Shown here one piece after another: positions 27,550 to 43,313 of a stretch of 64,000 nucleotides of DNA. The notes below the pieces were generated by a model that did not search any database, was not told where the DNA came from, and was given only the letters and a program-made list of their open reading frames with translations. The position numbers and the translations under genes were made by a program. Position 1 is the first letter of the stretch. Each line of letters starts with the position of its first letter. The DNA comes from Gonapodya sp. JEL0774 (Eukaryota). The stretch covers positions 124,001 through 188,000 of the forward strand of contig JADIIX010000004.1 of assembly GCA_027604505.1 (NCBI GenBank), read 5' to 3'.

Positions 27550-28557
27550 GCTCTGTTCCGGAATAAGTCGTTTCTGTTGTTTAGTCACGGTAGCGCTCTC
27601 CTTACCGCCCATAGCCAAACCCACCTTTCACTTTTGTCGCTAAGTCTTTGAGAGCGACTTCCATAGTCTCGATCGCCTCTCCGTCTTCGAGCTCTGGATG
27701 AGGACTGCTGTTGCGAGGGTCATCAAGATCTACCTGTCATGCGAAGATGCGCGCGAACGAGTGAACGCAAAGAATAATGCATCTCGGATTTCAAGTAGTG
27801 TATCACCTCCACAACTACGAGCTTCATATTGGCATCTTGATAGGGTAAAGGAAGGGGACTTTAGCACAATGCCCGTGGCACTCCAAACGCAGCAGTTATG
27901 GCACGCACTGGACATTCCCGGATCACTGAACATTACTGAAGAACTTTCGATGGCCTTCCCATGGTATCCGCACTCCTCCTTTGTGTGTTTTTGTTGAGTG
28001 TTGTCAAGTCAGCAGAATGATGCAGCGAACACTTATTACCAACCTTCAACTCTCGCACAGCCGCTTGTTCTGGGCTTTCATTTGCATCAACTAGTCCGGC
28101 AGGAAGCTCAATACAGAACCCGGATATCGGGGGCCGATACTAGAACACGGCATTTGGTTCTGAACGTTTGTCGCACAGGCATGAGCAAGGACGTACTTGC
28201 GTCACCAAAACTGTCTTTGTAGGATGACCCTTCGACTTGAGAAGAGCAAGAATGTCCACAGCTGGAACGAAATAGTTGGAATTCTCGGTTGGCATTGATG
28301 AAACTGTGGTGTTGTGTTCTCACCATCAACTTCACCCTTCCGTGTTGTCCTCTCTGCCGTTTCCCAAAGCTGATCGAACGCAACTTTCAGTAAGTTTCCG
28401 ACATCGGAAGTGGCTTCGGAGCGATTGAGGTTACCCACACGGTCCTTCCCAGTCTGGTCCTTCCAAGTCAGCTGATGATATCCAAATTAATTGCTTCAAT
28501 TCGTGTACAGCAGTAGCAGACGGAAGGAATACTGTTACCTTGTGAAGTTTGACCCAT
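27550..28557 (-). CDS. Hypothetical multi-exon protein; boundaries approximate
   Basis: ATG at 28557 (MGQTSQ) followed by a GT donor; short coding-like segments bounded by GT/AG; no recognisable domain. Confidence 0.35.
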
Positions 28558-28992
28558 CTAGCGTCCTTTGCTTCCAAAATCTAGCAGGTTCAATTTGTGA
28601 TGAGACAGTACGGCATCCATTGTGATGAGAACATCACAGAATAATCACAATATGTCTATCTTTTCATAGATGCAAATCTATATGGCAGAACGGCATTCAT
28701 GAAAATCACCTCCTTCTTCACGATTTTGGGCAGTCCGGTGGCCGAGTTGGGTCCATCGTGAAACCGCTTCCGCTCCATTTTCGTGGGCCGAGTCAGTTTC
28801 AAATAGTGCTTCCAGTGTCGACTTAGAAGCGTCGCTCGATTGGTGATCGCAGCCGCAATTGTGAAGACAGTATGTTAGGACTGAGGGCAGAATCAGGTAT
28901 GGAACAACGGCCGATTCTGCCCTCAATCCACAGATCCGAAGAATTCAGATTTTACATGTACTATACAAAATGGAGGGATGTACAAAGTCTAA

Positions 28993-31245
28993 TTATTCAT
29001 CAGCTAACCCTCGCTCCATCGCACGCTTATCCACGGCGTTGAGCAACACAGACGATCGAAAAGACAGTGCTTTTGTTCGTTCAATGATTTGCTGATATAC
29101 TGAGCTTTGAGGTGCGCCCATGATAACCGTGTTCTACTTGGCAAATGCAGACATAAGCTGGCATTTATCAGCATTAGTCAGAAGAATCTCACCGTTTCTG
29201 CGTCCACCTTCCCATCCAAACGAGCGTTCCTAATGAGGTTTACCATCCACTTTTCACCCGTTTCCTTTTCCAGTCCAAGTAGGCGGGAAATTTTACCAAG
29301 ATCAATTCGCCCGTGGATTCGAGCGTAAGTCTCGAAGATAAAGAGGCGGGCGGTTTCCACGAAGTCATCCCGTGTTGCCACCAGGAAGAAATCATTGAAA
29401 AGGACCTGCTCAAACAAATCAAGAGTTACAGCTGCCCACCCATGGCATGGGAACATGACTCACTTCCTCGCACTCCTTCAATCGCTTTTGCGCAGCCTGG
29501 AAGTCGTACTTCACGTACAATGCCTCAACAAACTCTGTCACGGGGTCGGAATACCTGCCCGCTGCATGCTCTTCTCGGATGACTCGCACGAGATCCTTCA
29601 GAGACGCTCGGCGTTTCTTGTTGGTAACAACAGCGGTGGCGAGGTATCTCAGGATATGTGGGGAGGTAGTTTGAATGGTATTGATATATCTAGATCAAGG
29701 CAAAAATGTGACAAAGGCGAAGCATATACTGCTCGCAACAAGGAAACTGACTGGGGCAGGAAAAACATGTCAATGATACCATCTCGACCTTTTGGGTGGT
29801 TAAAGAACACAAAAAGCGACCAGTGCAGCAACCACGTTCGTTGCTGCAGCTGATGGAGGTGGCTAGCGGTGGTCTTGTGCGGGTACATTGTGATTTGGAT
29901 ATTGGTTTCGCGAAGTTTCACTGAAGACCGTGGGAGCTCTTACCCGACCGTCAATCATTTCACGTAATCGCACTAAATCTTCGAGTGCGGTCTCCCAGTT
30001 CTGTGTGAGGATTTCCGCGGCGAGCTTTCCCCACAAAGCCGATAAATTTTGGTCATAGTCTGTCGACTGCATGAAAGCAATCATAATTAGTACCTATTCA
30101 GATCATCAAGTCTCACATGCTCTGTGAGATAATTGAAACAATTCACCAGAATTCGGAAGTGATACAGCATCTCAGCGGCACCGGAATAATTGCCACACGC
30201 GTATTGGAAGCGAGCGTAGTCGTAAAGCCGGTCCAGCATTGAAGCACGAAACTAGCGAAGAGTGGAAGCTGCCGTCAAATGTGAGGAATCTTGTAACGAG
30301 ACTGGTATACTCACACCAAACCGTTCCTCTAATAATCGCTGATTCTGCAGTTTGTCGTTTTTCATCTCTCGAATCACGTCTGGGTTGCTCAAAATTTCCA
30401 TTACTTCGCGCGTGGTGTCTCGTAAGTCCTCGAGGTCAGTCAAAACATTCTGTCGGAGGGATTCGAAACCTGACGGGCATGGATCATACAGTCAATAGCA
30501 GTGGAAATCGTGGAAAAGCAAGCAGTCCACCGATAGAAACAACACAATGCTGGAAAACAGTTTGGTACCACTGAGTATCCAATTTCACGAAATGACACAG
30601 TCTGTTTGTTTCAGAACCACAACATCATTGCAGTGAATGTCGTTTCGCGGCACAACCCCTCCACCATCGTGGGTATTGTTAGAGAGGATGTTTTAAGAAA
30701 CGTGAGGTTGATCTTGCAAGCTCGATGTGTAGAAAGACTACCTCAAGAGCCCAACATCTGGGACCGGGTAGGGGTAAGCGTGCGCTTAAGTGGTTCCAAA
30801 CGTGCATAGTGTCGCCACAATACATCTTGATGAACGTTCAACCGTACCGCACGGGTTTGTACAGTCATTCCTCGAACTGCACTCCCAGGCGGAAGATATC
30901 CCAACACACCTATACGCACCAGGCATGTTGACTCCGTCTTTCAGCTGCTTGTGGACATCATTCGCGAAGTCAATCATTTTCGTGTCCTGAAGTAGTCCAT
31001 ACTTTGCTTCCAGCAGTTGTGCTTCGGGGTACAGCTGGGTTGGAGGAGGGAAAATCCAAGAATATGATTTCAGAGAAGTTCCTGGGCCTCATCCCAAAAT
31101 CAGTTCCGCTCTCCTCGAGATTTCAGAGGAAACACACGTTGTGATGGGCAAGGAACTCGAGCAACGGAAGAACCATGTGGGGGTCGAGGTTTGGAATCAG
31201 ACGAGGCGTCAGATCATGCCCCTGGGCATTTGATGCGACAGCCAT
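28993..31245 (-). CDS. EIF3E: Translation initiation factor 3 subunit E (INT6), multi-exon
   Basis: [110 protein letters not shown]. Confidence 0.95.
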
Positions 31246-31559
31246 CGCAAGAGCAGGATAACGAGAGCGAGTGGACAATGGTGAGAGGGGATTGAGTACC
31301 AGTGATTTTTTTCAAACACATTGTGCCGAGATTTTTGTACTATGTATCATTTCACTGCCTCAGGAAATCATTTGGCAGAGCAGGGAACGTTATCATTGAT
31401 TAACTAATTTTCGTGACTTGAGAAAACGTCTTCACTGATTGGTTTTGCTTTGTTAGGGTGGAACAAGCTATCGATATTACTACACATGATACTTCAAAAC
31501 ATTTTAAGCTTTCCAGTAAATCTTTCTCGAATAATAAGAACGCGGCAGTGAGATTGTCC

Positions 31560-34340
31560 TCATTTTGGGACCTCTGCATCTCCAACTGTGAGGGTTTCTT
31601 CGGACCCCGCACTGCTGGACGTTAAATACTCTTCCGGAACTGCTCGACTACCAGCGCGACCTCGCGTGAGAGCCCGCACAACCGATGCAAGAACAATTTT
31701 ATCGTTCTCCGTGGTGATGGTGTCGTCTTCTGATAAAGGAATTGTGTAGTTCGGAGGACTTGACGGCTCAGTGGGAGAATATCCGATACTGTTGTTCGAG
31801 TCGAAAGATCGCCGTGCGTCTGGTTCTCTATCTTCCTTTGTCACCGCTACAGCCAGAACCGGACGTGACTCTTTCTCAGGAGAAAGTTCCAGTGATGGTG
31901 TTGCAGCTGCATCCGCATTTGCCTTCATACGAGCAACCTATTGTGTACAGTGGTTAGGTGAAAACAATTAATTTCCTAACTCCGATCAACTTAGGCTTGA
32001 AGCTTATCGAGGCTCACCTGCATCTTGCCAACGACTTTGGCCATGGTGAGGAACCTCTTTCGTGGTGATCCTGTCAGCGAGCCAGGAGCGTCACCATCTG
32101 CAAGAAGATTTGGAAGAGTGCGAATGTCCGACTCGATGGGGAGGTGCTGGCTATCAGCTTCCGCGGAGAGACGCAGAATTCCAACCTGACGAATGGAGTT
32201 CCTGTCAATAGAGAACGGATTCACCACATCCTCATCGTCCTCCGGTATCTCCGGTTGCGCAAAGAGAGCTGCATCTTCCTCATCATTCTCATCGAAAGAC
32301 AGGCGTGGGGCGGGCTCTGCTGCCTCACTTGCCCCAGGAACTGGAGGAGCTGGGTTGGACGAGGAGTGGGAAGCCATTTGGGTCTTCTTGCGAGTCATTC
32401 TCTCGTGCCGAGACATTTGAAGTTTGCGAGTCATCTGCACAGTTTTGCGGCGATGAACAGCTGGGGTCTCAGGGATCTCGTCCTTGTAATCTGCGGTTAG
32501 TGCCCAGTCAGGGTTTGTCTTTCGGTGCGCATCAATGTTCAGATCACGAAGATACTGCAGGTAACCCGGTGGTGTGTACTTGACAAGCCATGGGTGTTTG
32601 AGGAGCTCGTGCGCTCTCGGGCGGCTGTCCGGGTTTGTCGTCATTGCAGCAGACACGAACTGTTTGGCGAGATCCGAGATGTTGTTCCAGTACGGTGCGT
32701 CAAACTCATATTCACCCCGAATGACACGTTCACAGAGGCTGGCAATGTCTGTTGTGTCCCCAAACGGAAGATAACCGCAAAGGAGCACATCTGCAGATGA
32801 ATGATGAATTAGAGGCGTCCCCCAGCACTTTCCGACGTAAGAGCACAGTGCACTCACAGGAGACAACACCGAGAGAAAACACGTCCACTTTCATGCCATA
32901 TGGAACCTTGCGGAGGATTTCCGGAGCTGCGATGATGGTTAGACGCCTGCAGAAGCAAGTCAGAACACATTGTTTCTCGTACCTGTGTAACCAGGCGTTC
33001 CGCACACGGTCGTGAGCAGATTCGATCCATCAACAACTTTTGAGATACCGAAGTCGACAATGGTGAGAGGACTGTTGTTAGCCTTGGTTTTGAACAAGCT
33101 GTTCCAATATTATTGAGCCAAAAATGATCGAGAGGAAGACACAATGGTTACCGACATAAACGCAATAAGTGTGAGGACGTTTTGATCAAAAAAGAAATTC
33201 ACAACACCCATATCATTGGATACTGACAGATTTTCAGGTTTCAAGTCCCTGTGAGCTATCCCAATGTCGTGAAGGAAGGCAACAGCATTGGTGATCTAAC
33301 ACAGAAGAAGAAAGCCAACAGGACATACATAATGGCAAAATCATTCAGAGATGACATCTTCCTTCTTAAATTGACTGTGGACTGAATAAACTCACCGTGG
33401 CAACTGTGACCGCGGCGTCACGCTCATTGAAGTTCCCCATTTCCACAATCTTGTCGAAAAGTTCTCCACCAGTCGCTATAATAATGAGGAATGTGTTAGT
33501 CTTCCTCACTCTCACGATGGGGCCCAAACCGTCAAAACAGAACTATGGAATGTAGTCCCTCACCACTCAAAACAAGCGGTATGCTCTACTTCCAACGACC
33601 GCGACTCACCGAGTTCAAATATCATACAGTACGACACCGGCGTTTCGAAGAAATCGACCAGGCTAATACAATTTTCGTGAGCAATCAGGCGCAGAGCTGC
33701 GACCTCCTTATGGACCATATTTTCCGACTTGGTCTTCTTCAGGAACTTCTTCTGTACAACTTTGCAGGCAAGTTGTCGCTGTGTAGGGACGTGGGTGCAA
33801 AGCCGTACAATGCCATACGTTCCTTGACCTGAAACGAACCGAAGATTGAGATTAGGAATGAGACGCGTCCATAGAGTAGAAGGGGCGCGAACTCCATGTA
33901 TCTGATATCCGTGCGAGATTCGCGCGGTGATTTACCAATGTTGTTCGGAATATATGCTGAGACCATCACCCCAAAGCCGCCTCTTGACATTAAGTATCAG
34001 TGAGTTGATCCATTATCGAGATGAGAAATTGAGGCTTCTGATAGCTACAAATCTCGTGCTCGCACTTCAGAGTCTCATGACATTGGTGCGCGGACAAACA
34101 TTTTTTTGCCTCGAATGCGTTACCGTTCTCACGGCATCGCCCGGTTTAAGACTCACCAAGGGTTCTCCCCATCGTGTATTCACTCTCCTTCGAGACTGGC
34201 TTCGGTGTTTGCGGAATCGAGGTTGAACTCGAGTGTTGGGCATAACCACCTCCTTGTGGAAGGTCCCGGTAAGACTGCGAGGACGGCCCAACGGAAGGCC
34301 TGGCGTCCTTGGGATTAAAGACTTTCTTGAAAAAGTTCAT
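31560..34340 (-). CDS. CaMK1-like Ser/Thr protein kinase, paralog 1, multi-exon
   Basis: [75 protein letters not shown]. Confidence 0.88.
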
Positions 34341-34720
34341 ATCACTGGGAACCGGGAGCAAGAGTTGAAGATAAGAATTGAGGATTGAGGATCAGTGAAG
34401 AATGGAGTGAGAAAATCTGCAGGCCGTCAACGCGAGATTGCTGCCGAGGAGAGTCTGTTTACTGACAGGAATCTTGCAAGCTTGGGTGGTGGCACAACAA
34501 TCCTGCTGTTTATATGCCTTGGATGTTGACAAGTAAGAGGAGACGCCACAGTTCAATATATGCCGGAAGTCCCTTTTTTTCTTTGTGCGAATATATCTTC
34601 ACTTTGCAATACATACTTCCAAGTCATACATAAAACATGAACATATACTCTTCTCATTTTCACTCATTCGCATTTCTACTAAGGGTGGATGGGAATGCAT
34701 TGGTCATAATAGGAAATGAA

Positions 34721-37716
<2,996 letters not shown>

Positions 37717-38779
37717 TGGGCAGGATGGAGTGTTTGGGGAAAACACTTATGAATGAAGGGGGCCGGCGGCTGAGGACACAGTTGATTTTACGAGACTGTA
37801 CATATAGCCCTAGTATGAGAAGAATCAGTTGAGACATGGAGAAGCCATGGCATATATTATGGAAAATTGGGGTGATTTGGGTAAGCGATATGAGGGGATC
37901 AGGTAGTCGACTACTTGCAACCAAAAAACCCCGCAATGCTTGAGTGATATCCGGGAAAGATGGCACGACAGGAGTTTGCTCACAAGCAGTCTTTGGGATC
38001 CAGAATCGGGACGTAGAAAGCGAGATCTCAGTCTCTGGTCTTTCGAGATCACAGGGAGTTGGATGAGATGATGTCGACGTGCACAAGGATGTCATTCCGC
38101 TGTTCTAGCAGTAGAGTTGGGGAGTGTCAAAACGACGAAAACTCAGTGTTAGAATGCATGACTGGAGGTCGTTGGCAATCACTCAGAAGGCCAAGATCAG
38201 ACGACGATTAAGACGGACGGGAAGTGCACATACGCGAGCATTCAGAACAATGATTCGGTTCCACAGAGCTACCGGTAGATCATCATCGACAAGAGCCATA
38301 TAATCTGGCACTGCAGATTATACGATAGGGATGTTCAAAGGGATGTGTCCAGGTGTTTGCTGTTGCACCACCTTGTTTATGTACGACTTTGCTGCATAGA
38401 TTGATGTACTATGAGCAGCCGTGAATTCTCGTTTGCCACAGATTCTGCATATCATGATGATGAATCTCTGTGCAACGATTGTTTTCCTTTGAGTGACCAC
38501 TTATTATAGTTCCGGAGTGCGACCCAACCAACCACCAGTTCTCATCGTGCCCGACGGAGGGCGAGCAGCCGCCTTGTTGTAACGCGTGAATTGTATCAAG
38601 TAAATAAATTCATTTTAGCACCATCATCTCTGACAAACGCACTCAAGAGTATGCGGTTGGGGGGGTCCGTGGCCCGAGCACAGACGGAAAACACAAATAA
38701 TACATGACACAGACGCTCCCATCCCTCTCTCTGGCACACATACACATATCCATCCATCGAGTCAAGGGGGCCAAACAGA

Positions 38780-40801
38780 ATGCCGGCACCGCGTAACTAC
38801 TTCCTCAAGGCGGGCGTCCCCGCGCTTTCCCGTTCTGCCGTCTACCGTGCCCGTGCCATCCACAAGGGGAAGGGCAAAGTCGGCGCTGCCCACAAGGACG
38901 TCGACCCCACTACGGCCACAGTCACAAAGAAAGTCGGGGGTGCCAGCAACGGCGGCGAGCGGCAGGTGAGTCGTCGAGTCGGTACTCGGCAAGCAACAGG
39001 TGGGCAATGAGACCGCCGTTCGGACCTGGATGGTGGTGACTCGGTTGGAAATGACAGTAATGACGTCAATCTCAACCATGGACGGAGGAGGAGTCGAGGA
39101 GTCCGCGAATACGGACGATCCAAGAAATCACAATCGTATCTGTGTATTCTTGAATTCCTTCATCGCACGTGCCTATGCTTGTTGCCCGCGCCACATTCGC
39201 AGCGGCCCCCCCGCACAATTGTCTGACCCCGCGCCAACCTCCTCGCACTCCCTGCCCCACTCCCCCTTCTCCCAGGTCCCCGTCGTCAAAGCCCCCCGCT
39301 GGTACCCTGCCGAAGACGTTGCCAAGCCCAAAAAGTCCCGCAAGACCTCCCGCCCGGCCAAACTCCGCGGCTCCATCACTCCCGGAACCGTGCTCATCCT
39401 CCTCGGAGGTCGCTTCCGCGGTAAAAGGGTTGTGTTTTTGAAGCAACTCGAGAAGACTGTGAGTAGTTTTTCTGCGAGAGAGACCGTTCCATGTGATGAG
39501 TATGGCGGGTTGGAGGATTTTAGGGTACGCAGAAGGGTTACAGTCACCCATGCCCTGAGAAATTATTGTGCGAAGAGAGTCGGGGACGGGGACCACCACT
39601 GTCTCGATCTCAGTTTGTCCGGGGACGTTCGTCTCGGTTCTGCTTGCTTGTCTCCCCGCCATAATTTTCCTCACCCCGCCATCCCCACTCCCCCGTTTCC
39701 CCCCAGGGCCTCCTCCTCGTCACTGGCCCCTTCCGCCTCAACGGCGTCCCCCTCAAGCGCGTCAACCAGGCCTACGTCATCGCGACCTCGACCAAGCTCG
39801 ACGTGTCGGGCGTCAAGATCCCGGACCACATTGACGACGACTACTTCAAGCGCGAAAAGGTCGAGGAGGAGGTTGAGGGAAAGGTACGTGAAGGTCGTCG
39901 GTGGTGCGAGGCCTGGGGTGGGTGTGGTGGGAGGTGTGCAGTGTGTGCAGTGTGTGAGTGGCGGTGGAGCGAAGGGTGGGAAAGGGAACACCAGCCTCGA
40001 AAGGGGGTTGTGGGTGTGTGGGTGGGGCAAGGGGTCAATGTCGAACGATCACCCGTGCCGTGGCACGCGGTTTTCTGCTCGCGTTGGCACCAGCTCGCAC
40101 TCCGCGTCCCACATGCCGCCCTTCTCGTGTGCGGTTTGTTTCTCCTCGGTCAAAGCGGCATGCTTTGGCGAGATTTCACATCTCCACTTGCCACACGTGC
40201 ACACACACACAGAGGGGTGGACGCGGTATGCGTCTCCCTCCTTGCACCATCGTTTGTATCCCAACCGCACCTACCCAGCGGAAACCCGCCCAGCTCCAAT
40301 TCCACACCCTACACTGTCTTCTTTCATTAAATACACCATCGCCTTCACTGCTCTTGGCTGCGAGACCGTGACGTGTTGCGGTTGCGCGGTTGGAGTTTGT
40401 TGAGAGTGGGGTGGTGCCTTGTGGGACATGTGTGTGGTGTGTGGCAAAGGGGCCGGTAGTGCGGTTTCTCGCGAGGGAAGTGGGTGCCACTCGGAGGCTC
40501 TGAATCGTCTTGTTTGACGAAGAGGATGCCCCCTCCTTACCACCGACGATGTCCAGTTGCCCATCGTTGTACCAATGCTGTGACGTCGAACAATCGGACT
40601 GACTCTCGCGCGCGCTCTTTCCTCCCCTCTCCCTTTTTTACCTTTTAACAGAAGAAGCCCTCAACCACCCGCGTGACCGACCAAAAGAACATTGACACAG
40701 CCGTCCTCAAGGCTGTCAAGAGCCAGCCCCTCCTGCGTGCCTACTTGGGCGCCAAGTTCTCCCTCAAGAACGGCGACAAGGCTCACGAGCTCAAGTTTTA
40801 A
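38780..40801 (+). CDS. RPL6: 60S ribosomal protein L6 (eL6), 4 exons
   Basis: [57 protein letters not shown]..|[30 protein letters not shown]..|[19 protein letters not shown]. Confidence 0.96.
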
Positions 40802-41069
40802 GTGTTTGGCGGTGTGAGGCGGGGTGGAGCGGCTCGTTGATCTAGGAGGGCGGTCGGGGTGGATCGTGCTCTGCAGCGGGGCCTGTTGCTCAGTTTTCGT
40901 GTAGGAGCAGGCTTTAATAGTGCACATATTTCGTTGAATCCGGCTGTGGGTTTATCGCGCCCACGTTCACGCATTGGTTTGGAAGCCCAAGCGCAGCATC
41001 AAGCACCCCATTCACATCCATGCGGATATACGATTGCCGCTCCCCATGTGCGCGGGGGGGGGGGGGGGG

Positions 41070-41079
41070 NNNNNNNNNN
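41070..41079. other. Assembly gap (10 N) following a poly-G run
   Basis: N characters directly after G16. Confidence 0.98.
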
Positions 41080-41254
41080 AGGCCGTCTACAGTTGTCGCA
41101 TAGGTGGCCCACACAGTGCCCTCCATTTAGTTGTCAACCCCGTTTGAACTACGTAATGTCAGGGAATGTTGCAGCATAGTCACCCCAGCTCGAAAGACGG
41201 TCTGGTTTCCGACCGTCCCCGCTATATTGCTCAAAGGAATTTATGTACAAGTGT

Positions 41255-43029
41255 TCATTCTCCCCCTTCCCGCGCATTCTCTGCTGAAGCGTCCTCCTCC
41301 TGACCCGCTTTGCGCTTCTTCGCCACAACCTTTAACACAACGCTCCCATCATCTCCCTCTACCCTCATAAACTTGGGCCCATCCCCTTCTCGGCCCCCGT
41401 CACCCTCGTCTGAACTCTGTGCACTCTCGTCACTTTCTTGGTCCTCCTTACCGAGACCCCCATGTAAGTGCTGACCCAACTGCTCCGCCACTAATTTCAT
41501 CAGCTCCTCAAGTGTCAGTTGCACAGTTCCACCACCAGGACCAAGGATCTTGACGTGCTTGAGACCAGAGATGTTGTCCATCTCCCGAACGCCCTCCTCA
41601 TCCTCCTCACTTTCCAGGTGGAGTCCACCATTCGAAGTAGTATCGCTAGTGGCCGACGCCTCTCCGTGCTTCCCACTGCCAGAGCTTCCGCTCTCTGCCG
41701 ATGGAAACAAATGCGGAAAAAGCACTGCAGATTCTGCTGCAGAGAACAGACCATTCTTCTTCCTGTTCTCCGTGGTCTGGACCCCTTCCTTCCCAACTAT
41801 ACCCTGAACCGCGGTGGAATCACCCAGCCCGGCGCTCGGTCGGGCCAACTCGTAATACTTGTCTGTGACTACCATTGAGCAGGTCACTGCTTGGACTTGA
41901 GTGACCTCCACGGGGTTGAAGGCAGATATGGAGCAAAGGCGGGTGGTGTGAATGACCAGGATATAGCTGCAAGTGGCGGTTTCCTGGATGAGGGTGATGT
42001 GATCGGGTGGGTTGTGGGGACGTGCAGGGCACTGGAACTAGGCGAGCACACGATGAACGGTGTCATTCCGGTAAACGTTCTCCCCTTCACGCATATGAAA
42101 GCCAATTCTCACTTGTACTTCCACCATTCTTGGCCTCTTTGTCAAGTCACACATTGTCCCATCTCCATAAAGGACGCTCAAGTACTTTCTTCCATCCCCT
42201 CCGATCTTTACTTCGGCCACCGCGGTACTGCTGCGCTTCTCCACTTCTCCCTTCTTTACCTTCCCACCGTCCAACAAATTCTGTCTCCGGAGCTTGTCGG
42301 CGACGGGTGCAGATTGGTCGATCCCCAGATAGTACTCGACCTCCCGGGAGTTGTCACCGGTGGTGATGTCAGGTTGGTGAAACTGACGGACGTGGGAGAG
42401 GTGGCAGTACTCGTAAGAGAACCAGCCGTTGCCCTGGGACGGTTTGAGGGATGGTAGGGAACAGGTGTTTGTCCGAACCCGAGTCACACGTGGTTTTACA
42501 GGAAAAAGTCGACTTCTCACCAGTCTATGCCACATGTTTACTCACATACAACAAACACTTTTTCATTCCTGCAACGGCTTTGAGTGCTTCCCTGAGTTCC
42601 TGCGCGGTGTCGGACCGATCCGGTGCCGCAAGTGCCTTCTCCCTCTCCTTCCTCGCCTCCACTTCATCCTCTGGTCGAACATGGGGTAGTTTACATGCAT
42701 ACAACTGTCCTGATGTTCCACCGGCAGGCATGACGATGATTGAAGGGTCGTTCTTCACGTTCACAGGATGTTTGGGGTTCTGATAAGATTCGCATCGCCA
42801 TGGAGCACCACTGTACTAGAGATCTTACATTGTTTACAACATCAGACTGCTTCACGAAATCCCTACCGAAGTAAACTTGAAAGTGTGGTCGGGCGAAGAG
42901 GTCATCGAAAGCAGAAGACGGATTGAAGGCCGTTGTTCGACCGCAGGACCATAGCGCCAGGAAAATGAACAGAGAAAGATTGAATGGCACGGATAGCCGG
43001 GGATGGCGCCGCCAGCGCTGACTTTTCAT
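41255..43029 (-). CDS. OS9: OS-9/Yos9-like ERAD lectin (MRH domain), multi-exon
   Basis: Signal peptide; DDLFARPHFQV; CLLY..GWFSYEYCHLSHVRQFH; YGDGTMCDLTKRPRMVEVQ; IQETATCSYILVIHTTRLC. Confidence 0.88.
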
Positions 43030-43313
43030 GGGCAGTGTGCAATAACCCACAAAACTGCTCCATAAAATCCCTACGTTGCCATGAAGCGGAAGATATCTGT
43101 CTCAGAAAGCGTTTCTTTTTCTTATCGATTGAATGTGTAATTTAATTGAAAATCAATGTTTTCTAAATGTCGGCTAAAGTTGGCTCTGTTCTTGCTTGTT
43201 TGGAGCAGGGGAGTCTGCGATTCACGGAGAAAGGTCTGGAATCTTTCAATATCTTCACTCGATTCTACTCTTTTCCCACTCTCAACCCCGTTTCACGTGA
43301 ATCTTCCTCACAC

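Noticed and set aside
40514..40602. Possible box C/D snoRNA (TTGACGA...CTGA) near the end of RPL6 intron 3
   Set aside because: Box C is degenerate, and the CTGAC about 50 nt from the acceptor is better explained as the branch point
41054..41079. Poly-G run as a functional element
   Set aside because: It abuts an assembly gap, so its length is unreliable
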